In this document: positions 43,871-53,058 of the stretch, one piece after another
How the letters are laid out: each line of letters starts with the position of its first letter
How positions within the stretch are numbered: position 1 is the stretch's first letter
NCBI GenBank assembly: GCA_963724995.1
Contig: CAVRXC010000009.1
Span: 1,277 to 65,276, forward strand
Reading direction: 5' to 3'
From: an uncultured Actinomycetes bacterium
GTDB taxonomy: Bacteria; Actinomycetota; Thermoleophilia; Gaiellales; Gaiellaceae
DNA: 64,000 bases
Notes under the pieces: model-generated
What the model saw: only the letters and a program-made list of their open reading frames with translations
What the model was told of the DNA's origin: nothing
The model's database searches: none
Made by a program: the position numbers and the translations under genes

Positions 43871-44695
43871 GTGACTGTCGGCTCGTGGATCGCGGCTGCG
43901 CTCGCCGTGTCGGCGCTCGCCTGTCTCGTCTACGGCTGGTTCGAGGCGGGCTGGCTGCGGACGCGCGTGCTCGAGGTGCCGGTGCCGGGGCTGCCGCAGG
44001 CGCTCGACGGGCTCCGCATCGCGCACCTGTCCGACTTCCACCTCGGGCCTCGCTCACGCGGGCGGCTTGCGACCGAGCGCGCCGCCGCCTGGGTGGAGAG
44101 CAGGCGACCCGACCTCGTGGCCGTCACCGGCGACCTCGTGTCCCACCCTCGCGGTGAGCCGCTGCTGCGTGCGCTCCTCGGCCGTCTCGAACGACCCTAC
44201 GTCGTGCTGGGCAACCACGACGTGGCCGTGACGAGGGATCCCTTCTCGCGCGCCTCCGAGCTCGACGACCTGCGCGAGCTGGCCGTGCTCCTGCGGCACG
44301 ACGCCGTCACCGAGGTGATCAGGGGCTGCGTCGTCCAGCTCGTCGGCGTCGACCCGGTCGACTACCGTCGCAAGCGGGCGCAGCCCTGGCAGCTCGCCGA
44401 CCCGCGAGCGGACCTGCGAATTCTGCTCTGCCACTTTCCCGGGATCGTCCGGCGACTACCGGAGGGAGCGTTCCAGCTCGTGCTCGCCGGGCACGTGCAT
44501 GCCGGCCAGATCACGCTGCCGTACCCGGGCGGCCGTGTCCTGCTCGCCCACCTGGGCGCACGGTTCGTCGCCGGCCTCTATCCGGCACCCGGCGGGGTGC
44601 TGCACCTGTCGCCCGGCACGGGGACGACGTTCGTGCCCTTCCGCTTCTTCGCGCGACCCGAGGCGACCGAGCTCGTGCTTCGCAGCGCCGCGTAG
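43871..44695 (+). CDS. Metallophosphoesterase (YkuE-like)
   Basis: SDFH, TGDL, LGNHD, AGHVH. Confidence 0.85.
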   Translation: MTVGSWIAAALAVSALACLVYGWFEAGWLRTRVLEVPVPGLPQALDGLRIAHLSDFHLGPRSRGRLATERAAAWVESRRPDLVAVTGDLVSHPRGEPLLRALLGRLERPYVVLGNHDVAVTRDPFSRASELDDLRELAVLLRHDAVTEVIRGCVVQLVGVDPVDYRRKRAQPWQLADPRADLRILLCHFPGIVRRLPEGAFQLVLAGHVHAGQITLPYPGGRVLLAHLGARFVAGLYPAPGGVLHLSPGTGTTFVPFRFFARPEATELVLRSAA

Positions 44696-44704
44696 CATCT
44701 CGGT

Positions 44705-45016
44705 ATGGAAGGCCATGCGTCGATCTCCGGCGACGTGCTCGCGTCCTACGCTGCCGATGCGGCTCGTGAGGTCGCGGGGGTAGCCGGAGTCGTCGAGAGC
44801 CCGCTGCACCGCCACCGCGGCGTGCGTGTCGCCGACGAGCACGGAGCCGTCCGCGTCGAGGTTCATCTCGCCGTGGACTGGGGCGTGAGCGTGCCCGAGG
44901 TGGGCGCTGCCGTGCAGACCAGGGTGACCGAGTACCTGACGCGCATGGCGGACGTCGTTCCGGCCGCGGTCGACGTCGTCGTCGACGAGGTCGGCGCGCC
45001 ACCGGCCACGACCTAG
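44705..45016 (+). CDS. Asp23/Gls24 family protein
   Basis: ISGDVLASYAADAAREVAGV...VQTRVTEYLTRM..VDVVV. Confidence 0.75.
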   Translation: MEGHASISGDVLASYAADAAREVAGVAGVVESPLHRHRGVRVADEHGAVRVEVHLAVDWGVSVPEVGAAVQTRVTEYLTRMADVVPAAVDVVVDEVGAPPATT

Positions 45017-45184
45017 AGGCTTGATGCGAAATAGGAGCACGCACGGCTGGGGGTCTGCGCACGGCGCATCGCGTCCGTCTCGGTCGGCATCCAGGCGGTT
45101 TGCAGCCTGCACGTCGACCGAGCCGGTCACGCTGCTTGGCGCATACCCTCCCCGCACGCACCCCTATCCCACATCAAGCCTTTA

Positions 45185-45808
45185 GTGGCCACGCGCGTCA
45201 TCGGCCTCACCCGCGGAAAGATCGAACACGCACCGTCGGTGTGTCGCACCTGCGTCTGGTGGCAGTCGCGCGGCAACAAGGAGGCCTCCAAGGAGCGGTG
45301 GATGGAGCGTGCCGAGGACGAGTTCGGCGAGTGGGGGACGATCTATCTCGACGACGACGGTCGCACGCTCGGATCGATGCAGTACGGGCCGGCCCATCTC
45401 TTCCCGCGCGCGGCAGACCTGCCGGCCGGTCCTCCGTCCGACGATGCCGTGCTCGTCACCTGCTTCTACCTCATGGGCGACGGGGCGGTGTGGGTGGAGA
45501 AGTCTCTCCTGCTCGCCGCGATCGGCGAGGCTCGTGATCGTGGCGCCCGCGCCCTCGAGGCGTTCGCATACCGCTATCGGCCGGGTGAGTCGACGCACGA
45601 ACGATTCCTCGTGCATCGCACGGTCTTTCCGCGCGACTTCCTCGAGGAGTTCGGCTTCTTCACCCTCCGCGCGCAGGGGAGCGTCGAGCTGTGCAGGCTC
45701 GAGCTGGGCGGTCTGCTCCCGGTCGAGGAAGGGCGGCGGGCCAAGGTGCTCCGGGTCGTGCAGGAGGCGTTCACGCCCGCACCGGTGCCCAGTCGTCCGG
45801 GTCCCTAG
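45185..45808 (+). CDS. GNAT-fold protein
   Basis: CRTCVWW, QYGP, LVTCF, LEAF, FLEEFGF pattern of actinobacterial GNAT-like proteins. Confidence 0.65.
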   Translation: MATRVIGLTRGKIEHAPSVCRTCVWWQSRGNKEASKERWMERAEDEFGEWGTIYLDDDGRTLGSMQYGPAHLFPRAADLPAGPPSDDAVLVTCFYLMGDGAVWVEKSLLLAAIGEARDRGARALEAFAYRYRPGESTHERFLVHRTVFPRDFLEEFGFFTLRAQGSVELCRLELGGLLPVEEGRRAKVLRVVQEAFTPAPVPSRPGP

Positions 45809-45815
45809 CCGCTCG

Positions 45816-46664
45816 TCAGCGGCAGCGTGCCGAGCCGCTGTCGGCGAACGACGCGCCGGCGACGGGGACGAATCGCCAGCCCCAGCCTGCGGGACGCAGG
45901 GTCACGCGGAGGACGCCGAATGTGTCGTCACTCACGACCTGGCTCCCTGCCCGCGGCTTCCCGACCTCGTAGTGGCTCTTGCCCCCCGTGCCGACGACGA
46001 ACGAGCGAATCCCCTTGAGCGGTCCGAACCGCTCGTAGTGGTGGTCGTGACCGCTGAGCACCAGGTCAGCCCGTGCAGCGGCCAGCAGGTCCCAGAACGG
46101 TGCCAGCCGCAGATCGGAGCCGTGCCGGCCAGAGCTGAAGCGTGGGTGGTGCCAGTAGGCCAGCGTGCACCGCGCCTTCCTGTGGCGGGTCAGGTCGGCC
46201 CGCAACCAGCGCCACTGTGGCGACCCGACACCACACGCGACGAGGTCACAGTTCGAGTTGAGCACGACCGCGTGCCACGCCCCGATCTCGTAGGAGTACC
46301 AGCCTTCGCCTCGGAGCCCGAACGTGGTCTTCGCCGCCGCGGCGTCCGAGTCCCCGTTTGCGTACTCGTGGTTGCCCAGCGCCGCGCGCGTCCGGGGCAG
46401 GAAGCGACCCCACGCGGGCAGGTAGCACTCTCTGAACTCCTCCGCCGTTCCGTTCTCGTAGACGGCGTCGCCCAGCACCGCGAGCGTGCCGGGGATCGCC
46501 GACACGAGCCGCGCGGTCGCCTCGTCGCCACCCTCGTCGCACGATGCGATGTCGCCGACCGCGATCAGGGTTGCCGTCCGCGCCCCTGGTGCGGCGCGGA
46601 CCAAGCCACTGCCAACGGTCACGACAACGAGTGCCGTTGCGGTCGCGACGAGCGCTGTCCGCAC
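45816..46664 (-). CDS. Secreted metallophosphoesterase (purple acid/alkaline phosphatase-like)
   Basis: Signal peptide; GDIA, GDAVY, GNHEY, HHP, GHDHHYER. Confidence 0.85.
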   Translation of the reverse strand: MRTALVATATALVVVTVGSGLVRAAPGARTATLIAVGDIASCDEGGDEATARLVSAIPGTLAVLGDAVYENGTAEEFRECYLPAWGRFLPRTRAALGNHEYANGDSDAAAAKTTFGLRGEGWYSYEIGAWHAVVLNSNCDLVACGVGSPQWRWLRADLTRHRKARCTLAYWHHPRFSSGRHGSDLRLAPFWDLLAAARADLVLSGHDHHYERFGPLKGIRSFVVGTGGKSHYEVGKPRAGSQVVSDDTFGVLRVTLRPAGWGWRFVPVAGASFADSGSARCR

Positions 46665-46667
46665 CCG

Positions 46668-47639
46668 TTAGACCTCTTGCTTGGCGCCGACGGCGTCGAG
46701 CAAGAGGTCGGCGATCTGGATCGCGTTGAGCGCGGCTCCCTTGCGGAGATTGTCGCTCGAGAGGTAGAGCGCGATCCCGTTCTCCGAGGCGGCGTCGCGG
46801 CGGATGCGTCCGACGAGCACCTCGTCGATGCCGGCGGCGGCTCGCGGGGACGGGACCTCGGGCAGCTCGAGCACCCGCACGCTTGGCGCCTCGCGCAGGA
46901 TCTCGCTGGCCTCGTGCGCGTCGAGCGGCTGCTCGAGCTCGACCCACACCGCCTCGGAGTGGCCGACCATGACGGGCACGCGCACGCAGGTCGCGGACAC
47001 CGGGAGCTCGGGGAGCTCGAGGACCTTGCGCGTCTCGGCACGGACCTTGGCCTCCTCGTCCGACTCGTCGCCCTCCCATTCCCAGTCCATCGAGAGGTCG
47101 TGCTCCGACGAAGCCTCGTCGCGCAGATCCTCCATCCGCCGGGCGCCGGCGCCCGAGACGGACTGGTACGTGGCCACGCGGACGCGACGCAGACCGGCGC
47201 GGTCGTGGAGGGGCTTGAGCACGCAGGTGAGCGGGATCGTGCAGCAGTTCGGATTGGCGACGATGCGGTCGCGCTCGAGCGCCTCGAGCGCGCGGGCGCC
47301 GTTCACCTCCGGCACCACGAGCGGGTAGCCGTCGACGAGGCGGTAAGCAGAAGACTTGTCCACGCAGATCGCCCCGCCGGCAGCAGCGTGAGGCACCAGC
47401 TCGCGGCTGGCCGACGTGCCGACGGAGAACAGGCAGAGGTCGAGATCGCCGGCGCCGAGCACGTTGGGTGTCGCCTCCTCGACGACGATCTCGTGGTCAC
47501 CGAATGCGACACGCGCCCCGGCGGACCGCGCCGACGCGAATGCGCGCACGTCGCGGTAGCCGCGCTCCGCCAGCAGTCGCAGCGTGACCGTGCCGACGGC
47601 GCCGGTGGCGCCCACCACACCGATGCGCGGCTCGCTCAT
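46668..47639 (-). CDS. asd: Aspartate-semialdehyde dehydrogenase
   Basis: VVGATGAVG, ANPNCCT, TYQSVSGAG, CVRVPVMVGHS, DNLRKGAALNAIQIA. Confidence 0.96.
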   Translation of the reverse strand: MSEPRIGVVGATGAVGTVTLRLLAERGYRDVRAFASARSAGARVAFGDHEIVVEEATPNVLGAGDLDLCLFSVGTSASRELVPHAAAGGAICVDKSSAYRLVDGYPLVVPEVNGARALEALERDRIVANPNCCTIPLTCVLKPLHDRAGLRRVRVATYQSVSGAGARRMEDLRDEASSEHDLSMDWEWEGDESDEEAKVRAETRKVLELPELPVSATCVRVPVMVGHSEAVWVELEQPLDAHEASEILREAPSVRVLELPEVPSPRAAAGIDEVLVGRIRRDAASENGIALYLSSDNLRKGAALNAIQIADLLLDAVGAKQEV

Positions 47640-48274
47640 CCGGCGCGGACCTGTCCGATGTCGTGGCTCATGCGTTCCGTTGTACCGGAAGCTGCCGTGT
47701 CGCCCGCTTGCCGCAGCGTCTCGATCGCGCCGTCAGGGTCGTCTGCGACGAGCTCGCAGCGGATGGCGCCGAGCGCCGTCGCCAGAGCAATGGCGCTCGC
47801 CCTGGTCCCTCCGGCGCCGAGCGTGGTCACCTCGGAGCCGAGCGACACCCCCTGAAAGCCCGCCACCAGCACGATCGCTCCGGCCGCGAGCTCGGAGCGG
47901 ACACGGTCGGGCCGGACGTCGACGATGGTCGCCGCGCCGTGCGCGTCGTCCGTGACGATCCCGGCTTGCGATCCGGTGAGCGAGACCGCGCGCTTGCCGA
48001 GGTCGAGCAACGCCATCGCGCACAGGGCGCACGAGATGCGCTCGCCCGTCGAGACGAGCATGTCGAGCTCGCGCAGGTCTGGCGTCTCGGCGACGAGGCT
48101 TGCGAGCTCGAGCAGGTCGTCGGTCGTGCCGCCCATGGCGGAGAGGACCGCGAGGACGGCCGCCGGCTCGTCATGCACCGCGGCGAGGCGCCGGGCGACC
48201 GAGCGAATGCGCTCCGGAGTCGAGAGCGCCGCGCCCTCGAACGCCGTGACCACAACCGGAAGCCGCGCAGTCAT
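47636..48274 (-). CDS. Truncated, degenerate aspartokinase-like protein
   Basis: SAMGGTTDDL, RELDMLVSTGERIS and VAGFQG are intact, but KFGG reads AFEG and GRGGSD reads GAGGTR; no C-terminal lobe or ACT domains. Confidence 0.75.
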   Translation of the reverse strand: MTARLPVVVTAFEGAALSTPERIRSVARRLAAVHDEPAAVLAVLSAMGGTTDDLLELASLVAETPDLRELDMLVSTGERISCALCAMALLDLGKRAVSLTGSQAGIVTDDAHGAATIVDVRPDRVRSELAAGAIVLVAGFQGVSLGSEVTTLGAGGTRASAIALATALGAIRCELVADDPDGAIETLRQAGDTAASGTTERMSHDIGQVRAG

Positions 48275-48319
48275 GCCAGCGAGTGTAGGGCTGGTGCAGG
48301 ACCGGGCGGGACGGTGGGT

Positions 48320-48449
48320 GGGGACAGTCCCCTGCGGGGACAGTCCCCACGTCGCTCGGTAGGCGCCCGGGGGACTGTCCCCACCAGGGGACTGTCCCCA
48401 CGTCGCTCCGGACGCGCCCAGGGGACTGTCCCCGTAGGGGACTGTCCCC
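48320..48449. repeat. Six GGGGAC(A/T)GTCCCC palindromic units in three doublets
   Basis: Units at about 48320, 48336, 48370, 48387, 48421 and 48437; doublets separated by related 21-nt spacers (ACGTCGCTC...GCGCCC). Confidence 0.85.
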
Positions 48450-48454
48450 TCGTC

Positions 48455-49045
48455 CTAGGCAGGCCTGCGGCCCGCGAGGGCGCGGCCGAGCGTCACCTCG
48501 TCCGCGTACTCGAGGTCTCCGCCGACGGGGAGGCCGCTCGCGAGGCGTGTCACCGTGACTTGGTCGCGCAGCTTGTCGGCGAGGTAGCCGGACGTCGCCT
48601 CTCCCGTCATGGTCGGGTTGGTCGCCAGCACCACCTCGGTCACGCCGCCGCGGGCGACGCGCTCCAGGAGCCCGGCGACGCGGAGGTCGCCCGGCTCGAC
48701 TCCGTCGAGCGGGGAGAGCGCTCCACCCAGCACGTGGTACAGGCCGCGGTACTCGTGCGTGCGCTCGAGCGAGACGACGTCGACGGGCTGCTCGACGACG
48801 CAGATCACGCTGCGATCGCGTCGTGTGTCCAAGCAGATCGCGCAGAGCTCGTCCTCGGTCAGGTTGCCGCATTCGCGGCAGGCGCGCACACGCTCCTTCA
48901 CCTCGCGGATCGCCTCCGACAGCGCGACGCCTTCCTGCGCCGGCGTCGAGAGCAGATGGAACGCGAGCCGCTGCGCCGTGCGTGTACCGACGCCCGGGAG
49001 GCGGGTCAGCTGGGCAACGAGGTTCTCGACCGCGGGAGTGAGCAC
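48455..49045 (-). CDS. recR: Recombination protein RecR
   Basis: LPGVGTRTAQRLA, C4 zinc finger, Toprim ATNPTMTGEAT, GLPVGGDLEYAD. Confidence 0.96.
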   Translation of the reverse strand: MLTPAVENLVAQLTRLPGVGTRTAQRLAFHLLSTPAQEGVALSEAIREVKERVRACRECGNLTEDELCAICLDTRRDRSVICVVEQPVDVVSLERTHEYRGLYHVLGGALSPLDGVEPGDLRVAGLLERVARGGVTEVVLATNPTMTGEATSGYLADKLRDQVTVTRLASGLPVGGDLEYADEVTLGRALAGRRPA

Positions 49046-49054
49046 GGGTCGAGG

Positions 49055-49993
49055 TTACCCATCACTTCCGGACGTGGCCCCGGCGTACAGGCTGATCTCG
49101 CCCAGCCGCTCCAGACGCCGTTCGACGAGCTCGACGAGCGCGCGCGTCGCTGGTGACACGGGCGCACCCCGCCTCGCGATGAAGGCGAACGTCTCCCACA
49201 TCGGCTCGGCGAACGGCGCGTGGTGCAGCGAGCGTACGCCACGCATCGTGCGCAGTACGGCGCGCGCGACGACGGTGTCGCCCATGCCGCGCGCCACGAG
49301 CTGCAGCGCAGCCTCCATGTCCTCCACCTCGATCACCGGCTGCAGCGTGACTCCGGCCTGCTGCGCCCGTTCGGCGAGCTGGCGACGTGTCGGGTCGGCC
49401 GATCCGAAGGCGGCGTCGTAGAGGAGGAGCGGCAAGCCCGCAACGTGCTCGATGGTGATCGCGCCGGCGACATGCTCCGGGTCGCGGCTGACCACGACCA
49501 GCTCCTCGCGGTGCATGGGACGCACCTCGAGCCCTTCGTCGTCGACGGGGAGCACGACGAGGGCCGCCTCGAGACGTGCCTCGCGGACTGCGTCGGCGAC
49601 GAGCGACGAGTTCTGACCCACGAGCCTGAGCCTGACGTCGGGATAGCGCCTGCGGAAGTCCGCCGCGAGGTCGGCGATCAGGTAGGCGGAGGCGGTGCCG
49701 AACATGCCAAAGCTGACCGATCCGCCCGTGAGCTCGCGCACGGCTCGCACCGCGTCGCGTGCCCGGGAGAGATCCGCAAGAACGCGTTCCGCCTCCGGTC
49801 GGAATGCACGGCCGGCCTCGGTCAACGCGACCCCCCGGCCTACCCGCGCGAACAGCTCCACGCCGAGCTCGCCCTCGAGCTGGCGCACCTGCTCCGAGAC
49901 CGAGGGCTGAGCGAGATGCAGGGCGCGGGCGGCCTCGCTGAAGGAGCCATGTTCGGCGGTTGTGAGGAAGTAATGAAGCTGTTGCAAAGTCAT
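49055..49993 (-). CDS. LysR-family transcriptional regulator
   Basis: LQQLHYF...GSFSEAARALHLAQPSVSEQVRQLE. Confidence 0.92.
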   Translation of the reverse strand: MTLQQLHYFLTTAEHGSFSEAARALHLAQPSVSEQVRQLEGELGVELFARVGRGVALTEAGRAFRPEAERVLADLSRARDAVRAVRELTGGSVSFGMFGTASAYLIADLAADFRRRYPDVRLRLVGQNSSLVADAVREARLEAALVVLPVDDEGLEVRPMHREELVVVSRDPEHVAGAITIEHVAGLPLLLYDAAFGSADPTRRQLAERAQQAGVTLQPVIEVEDMEAALQLVARGMGDTVVARAVLRTMRGVRSLHHAPFAEPMWETFAFIARRGAPVSPATRALVELVERRLERLGEISLYAGATSGSDG

Positions 49994-50007
49994 AGCTAAA
50001 TCCTATG
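49991..50007. promoter_or_regulatory. LysR-type T-N11-A box
   Basis: CATAG-N7-CTATG in an AT-rich divergent intergenic region overlapping the LysR start. Confidence 0.6.
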
Positions 50008-50082
50008 GATAGTAGAGATAACTTAGTCTATCCCTAGAGGAGCCGTCTCCCTACCGTGAGTGCATGGCGGCGTACTTGCGGC

Positions 50083-51012
50083 ATGGAGAGCGACTCGGGG
50101 TGGCGCCTGTGCCTGCTTGCAGGGCTTGCCTTCGCGGCGCAGCCCGTGATCGTCGATCTTGCGTACGAGGCAGGGGCGGCGGTGCCCGCGCTGCTTGCAT
50201 GGCGCTACCTCCTCGCGTCGGTGGTCCTCGGGGCAGTGGCGTGGCGCGGGGTGCGGGCCATGCCGCCACGCGTGGCTGCGACAGCATTCGCACTGGGGCT
50301 CGTGGTCTATGCGGCAGACTCCGCGCTCTTCTACTGGGCGCTGCGGCTCGTGCCCGTGCCGGTCGCGTCGCTCGTCCACTACGCGCACCTGCCGATCGTG
50401 ATCGGCGGCGCCGTCCTGCTTCGCCACGAGACCCTCTCCCGGCGGCGCGTGACGTCGGGTGTGCTCGTGCTCGTCGGCGTGGCACTCGTGAGCGGGGGAG
50501 CCGGGTCGCTCGACGCGCTCGGCCTCGCGGTCGCTTGCGCCGCCGCCGTCGCCTACGGCGTCTACGTGCTCGTGTCCGGCCGGCTGGTCGCCGGTGCGGA
50601 CCCGCTCGCCTTCGCGGCGCTCCTGCTGGCAGGTGCCGCCACGGCCTTCCTGGCGGCTGCCATGGTCGACGGCTCGCTGACCGACGTCGGTGGCGTGCCC
50701 GGGCTCGTCGCCGTTCTCGAGACCGCGGTCGTCGGCAGCGTGCTCGCGGTGGGCGCCTTCCTGGCCGGCATGCGACGGGTCGGCGCGTCCAAGGCTGCGC
50801 TGTTGATCACCGTCGAGGTGCCGATCGGCATCGCGCTCGCGGCCGTCGTCCTCGGCCAGCAGCTCGCGCCCGCACAGCTCGTCGGGGCAGGGGTCGTGCT
50901 GGTGGGGATCGGCGTCCTCCAGTGGCGCCGGCGGACCGTCCTGCGCGTCCTTCGCGGCGGCCGGGCGGTTACTCCGCAGCCTCCCGTCGAGGAGCTCGCC
51001 GAGGCCGCGTAA
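50083..51012 (+). CDS. EamA/DMT family transporter
   Basis: About ten TM segments in two repeats, LLAWRY, VGASKAALL..E. Confidence 0.85.
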   Translation: MESDSGWRLCLLAGLAFAAQPVIVDLAYEAGAAVPALLAWRYLLASVVLGAVAWRGVRAMPPRVAATAFALGLVVYAADSALFYWALRLVPVPVASLVHYAHLPIVIGGAVLLRHETLSRRRVTSGVLVLVGVALVSGGAGSLDALGLAVACAAAVAYGVYVLVSGRLVAGADPLAFAALLLAGAATAFLAAAMVDGSLTDVGGVPGLVAVLETAVVGSVLAVGAFLAGMRRVGASKAALLITVEVPIGIALAAVVLGQQLAPAQLVGAGVVLVGIGVLQWRRRTVLRVLRGGRAVTPQPPVEELAEAA

Positions 51013-51087
51013 CAGTTCGCGCTCGCGTGCGGCCGGGGTGGGGGAGACCCTCGGTGCCAGGCTGAAGCCTGGCACCCGCATCGAGGG

Positions 51088-51408
51088 CTACAGGCCGGGC
51101 AGTCCCAGCGCGCCGAGGTCGGGGAGCTGGCCGCGGAGCTTCGCCTCGACGGCCTGCTGCGCGGAGCGCAGCGCCTCGTTCGCCGCGGCGAGAACCATGT
51201 CGGCGAGCAGCTCGGCGTCGTCGGGATCGACGGCACGCGGGTCGATGCGGATCTCGAGGAGCTCGCCCACGCCGTTCGCCTTCGCGGTCACCATGCCGCC
51301 CCCGGCGGAGGCCTCGCCCACCAGCTCGCGCGCCTCCTCCTGCGCCTTGAGCATCTGCTCCTGCATCTGCTGCGCCTGCTTCATCAGGGCGTTCATGTCC
51401 ATCTTCAT
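51088..51408 (-). CDS. ybaB: YbaB/EbfC nucleoid-associated protein
   Basis: MKQAQQMQ...AGGGMV...DPDDAELLADMVLAA. Confidence 0.92.
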   Translation of the reverse strand: MKMDMNALMKQAQQMQEQMLKAQEEARELVGEASAGGGMVTAKANGVGELLEIRIDPRAVDPDDAELLADMVLAAANEALRSAQQAVEAKLRGQLPDLGALGLPGL

Positions 51409-53021
51409 TGAGTCTCGACCTCCGTGGCGTCGAACGTGTCCTTCAGCAGGGAGAGAAAGTCGTCTTCGCCCGGCGGCTGCTCGTCCTCGGCCGGCCCGGT
51501 GGGCGCCTCGCCGATCGTCGTCACGACGGCGAGCCGTCTGCCCGTGACCTCGTGCAGCGCCTCACGCAACACGCCGAGGTTTCGCTGGTCCTCGGCCTGG
51601 CGACGGTGGAAGTCGGCCGCAGGCGCGAACTCGATCGTCAGCGTGTCGTCCTCGAGGGCGACCGGCCGTGCCTCGCCGAGCAGCGTCGCCGTCGGGATCG
51701 ATCGCTCCCTGACCGCGGGCAGGACGCTGCGTGACCATGCGTCCTGCACCTGCTCGAGCAGGAGCGGTGCGTCGGGCTCCTTGTCTCCGTCGGCAGGCTC
51801 GCGTGCGGCCGCTGCAGGTGCCGGGCTTGCCGCGGGCGCGGGGACGGGGGAGGGGACCCGCGACACCGCGGCCGGCCCGGCATGAAGCCGTTCTTCTAGC
51901 ACCTCGACCCGATGGGCGAGTGACTCGCGCGAGAGATCGGCATGGGGCCGCGTCACCTTCACGAGCGCGAGCTCGAGCGGGAGGCGGGGGTCGCCGCCCT
52001 GTCTCATGTCGTCGACGGCGACCGCCAGCAGGTCGAACAGCCGCAGCACGGTCGGCTCCGGCAGCTGGTTGGCCTGCTCGGCGAGCCGCTCGCGCGTCTC
52101 CTCGGTGACCGGGAGCGACTCGGGCACGTGCCCGAGGTGCTGGACGAGCATCAGGTGCCTCAGGTGCTCGAGCAGGTCGGTCACGAGCCGGCCCAGGTCC
52201 TGGCCCTGCTCGGAGAGCTGCTCGACGAACACGAGCGCGCCGGCGGTGTCGCGGTCGACGATCGTGTCGCACAGCCGGAACAGCGAGTCCTCCTCGACTG
52301 CGCCGACGAGCTGCAGGACGTCCTGCACGCCGATCTTGCCCTGCGTCGCGGCGCTGAGCTGGTCGAGCGTCGACACGGCGTCGCGGAACGAGCCTCGCGC
52401 ACCCCGCGCGATCAGCGCGAGCGCGGCGTCGGGAGCCTCGATGCCTTCTCCGTCGCAGACACGGCGCAAGAGCGTGACGAGCTCCTGCAGCCGCGGCCGC
52501 TGGAAGACGAACGTCTGGCACCGCGAGCGCACGGTCGGGAGCACCTTGGCCAGGTCGGTGGTGCAGAAGACGAAGACGAGGTGGGGCGGGGGCTCCTCGA
52601 TCAGCTTCAGTAGCGCGTTCCAGGCGGCGTCCGTGAGCTGGTGCGCCTCGTCGAGGATGTAGACCTTGTACCGACCCTCGACGGGCTGCAGGACGACACG
52701 GTCGCGGATCTCGCGGATGTCGTCGATGCCACGCTGCGACGCGGCATCCATCTCCACGACGTCGAGCGAGCTGCCGCTCGCGATCGCGAGGCAGACATTG
52801 CACGTGTTGTCGGGCTCGGTGGTGGGCCCGTGCGCGCAGTTGAGCGCCTTGGCCAGGATCCGCGCCATCGAGGTCTTGCCGGTTCCGCGCGGTCCGGCGA
52901 AGAGGTAAGCCTGGCGCACCTGATCGCGTTCGATTGCGTTGCGGAGGGTGCGCACGACCGCCTCCTGCCCGACCACCTCGGAGAAGTCCTGCGGCCGGTA
53001 CTTTCGGTAGAGCGCGGTCAC
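51405..53021 (-). CDS. dnaX: DNA polymerase III subunits gamma/tau
   Basis: ALYRKYRPQDF, GPRGTGKT, EMDAAS, ILDEAH, SRCQ. Confidence 0.96.
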   Translation of the reverse strand: MTALYRKYRPQDFSEVVGQEAVVRTLRNAIERDQVRQAYLFAGPRGTGKTSMARILAKALNCAHGPTTEPDNTCNVCLAIASGSSLDVVEMDAASQRGIDDIREIRDRVVLQPVEGRYKVYILDEAHQLTDAAWNALLKLIEEPPPHLVFVFCTTDLAKVLPTVRSRCQTFVFQRPRLQELVTLLRRVCDGEGIEAPDAALALIARGARGSFRDAVSTLDQLSAATQGKIGVQDVLQLVGAVEEDSLFRLCDTIVDRDTAGALVFVEQLSEQGQDLGRLVTDLLEHLRHLMLVQHLGHVPESLPVTEETRERLAEQANQLPEPTVLRLFDLLAVAVDDMRQGGDPRLPLELALVKVTRPHADLSRESLAHRVEVLEERLHAGPAAVSRVPSPVPAPAASPAPAAAAREPADGDKEPDAPLLLEQVQDAWSRSVLPAVRERSIPTATLLGEARPVALEDDTLTIEFAPAADFHRRQAEDQRNLGVLREALHEVTGRRLAVVTTIGEAPTGPAEDEQPPGEDDFLSLLKDTFDATEVETQ

Positions 53022-53058
53022 ATGGTCGATGTTAGAGCAGGAGGCACGCAACGGCGCA

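Noticed and set aside
45309-47855. 848-aa plus-strand ORF and similar long Arg/Ala/Pro-rich ORFs
   Set aside because: These are antisense or shadow frames of clear genes (asd, phosphoesterase), expected at high GC
48320-48449. Palindromic repeats as a CRISPR array
   Set aside because: Units are only 13 bp, spacers are 3-21 nt and similar to each other, and no cas genes are present
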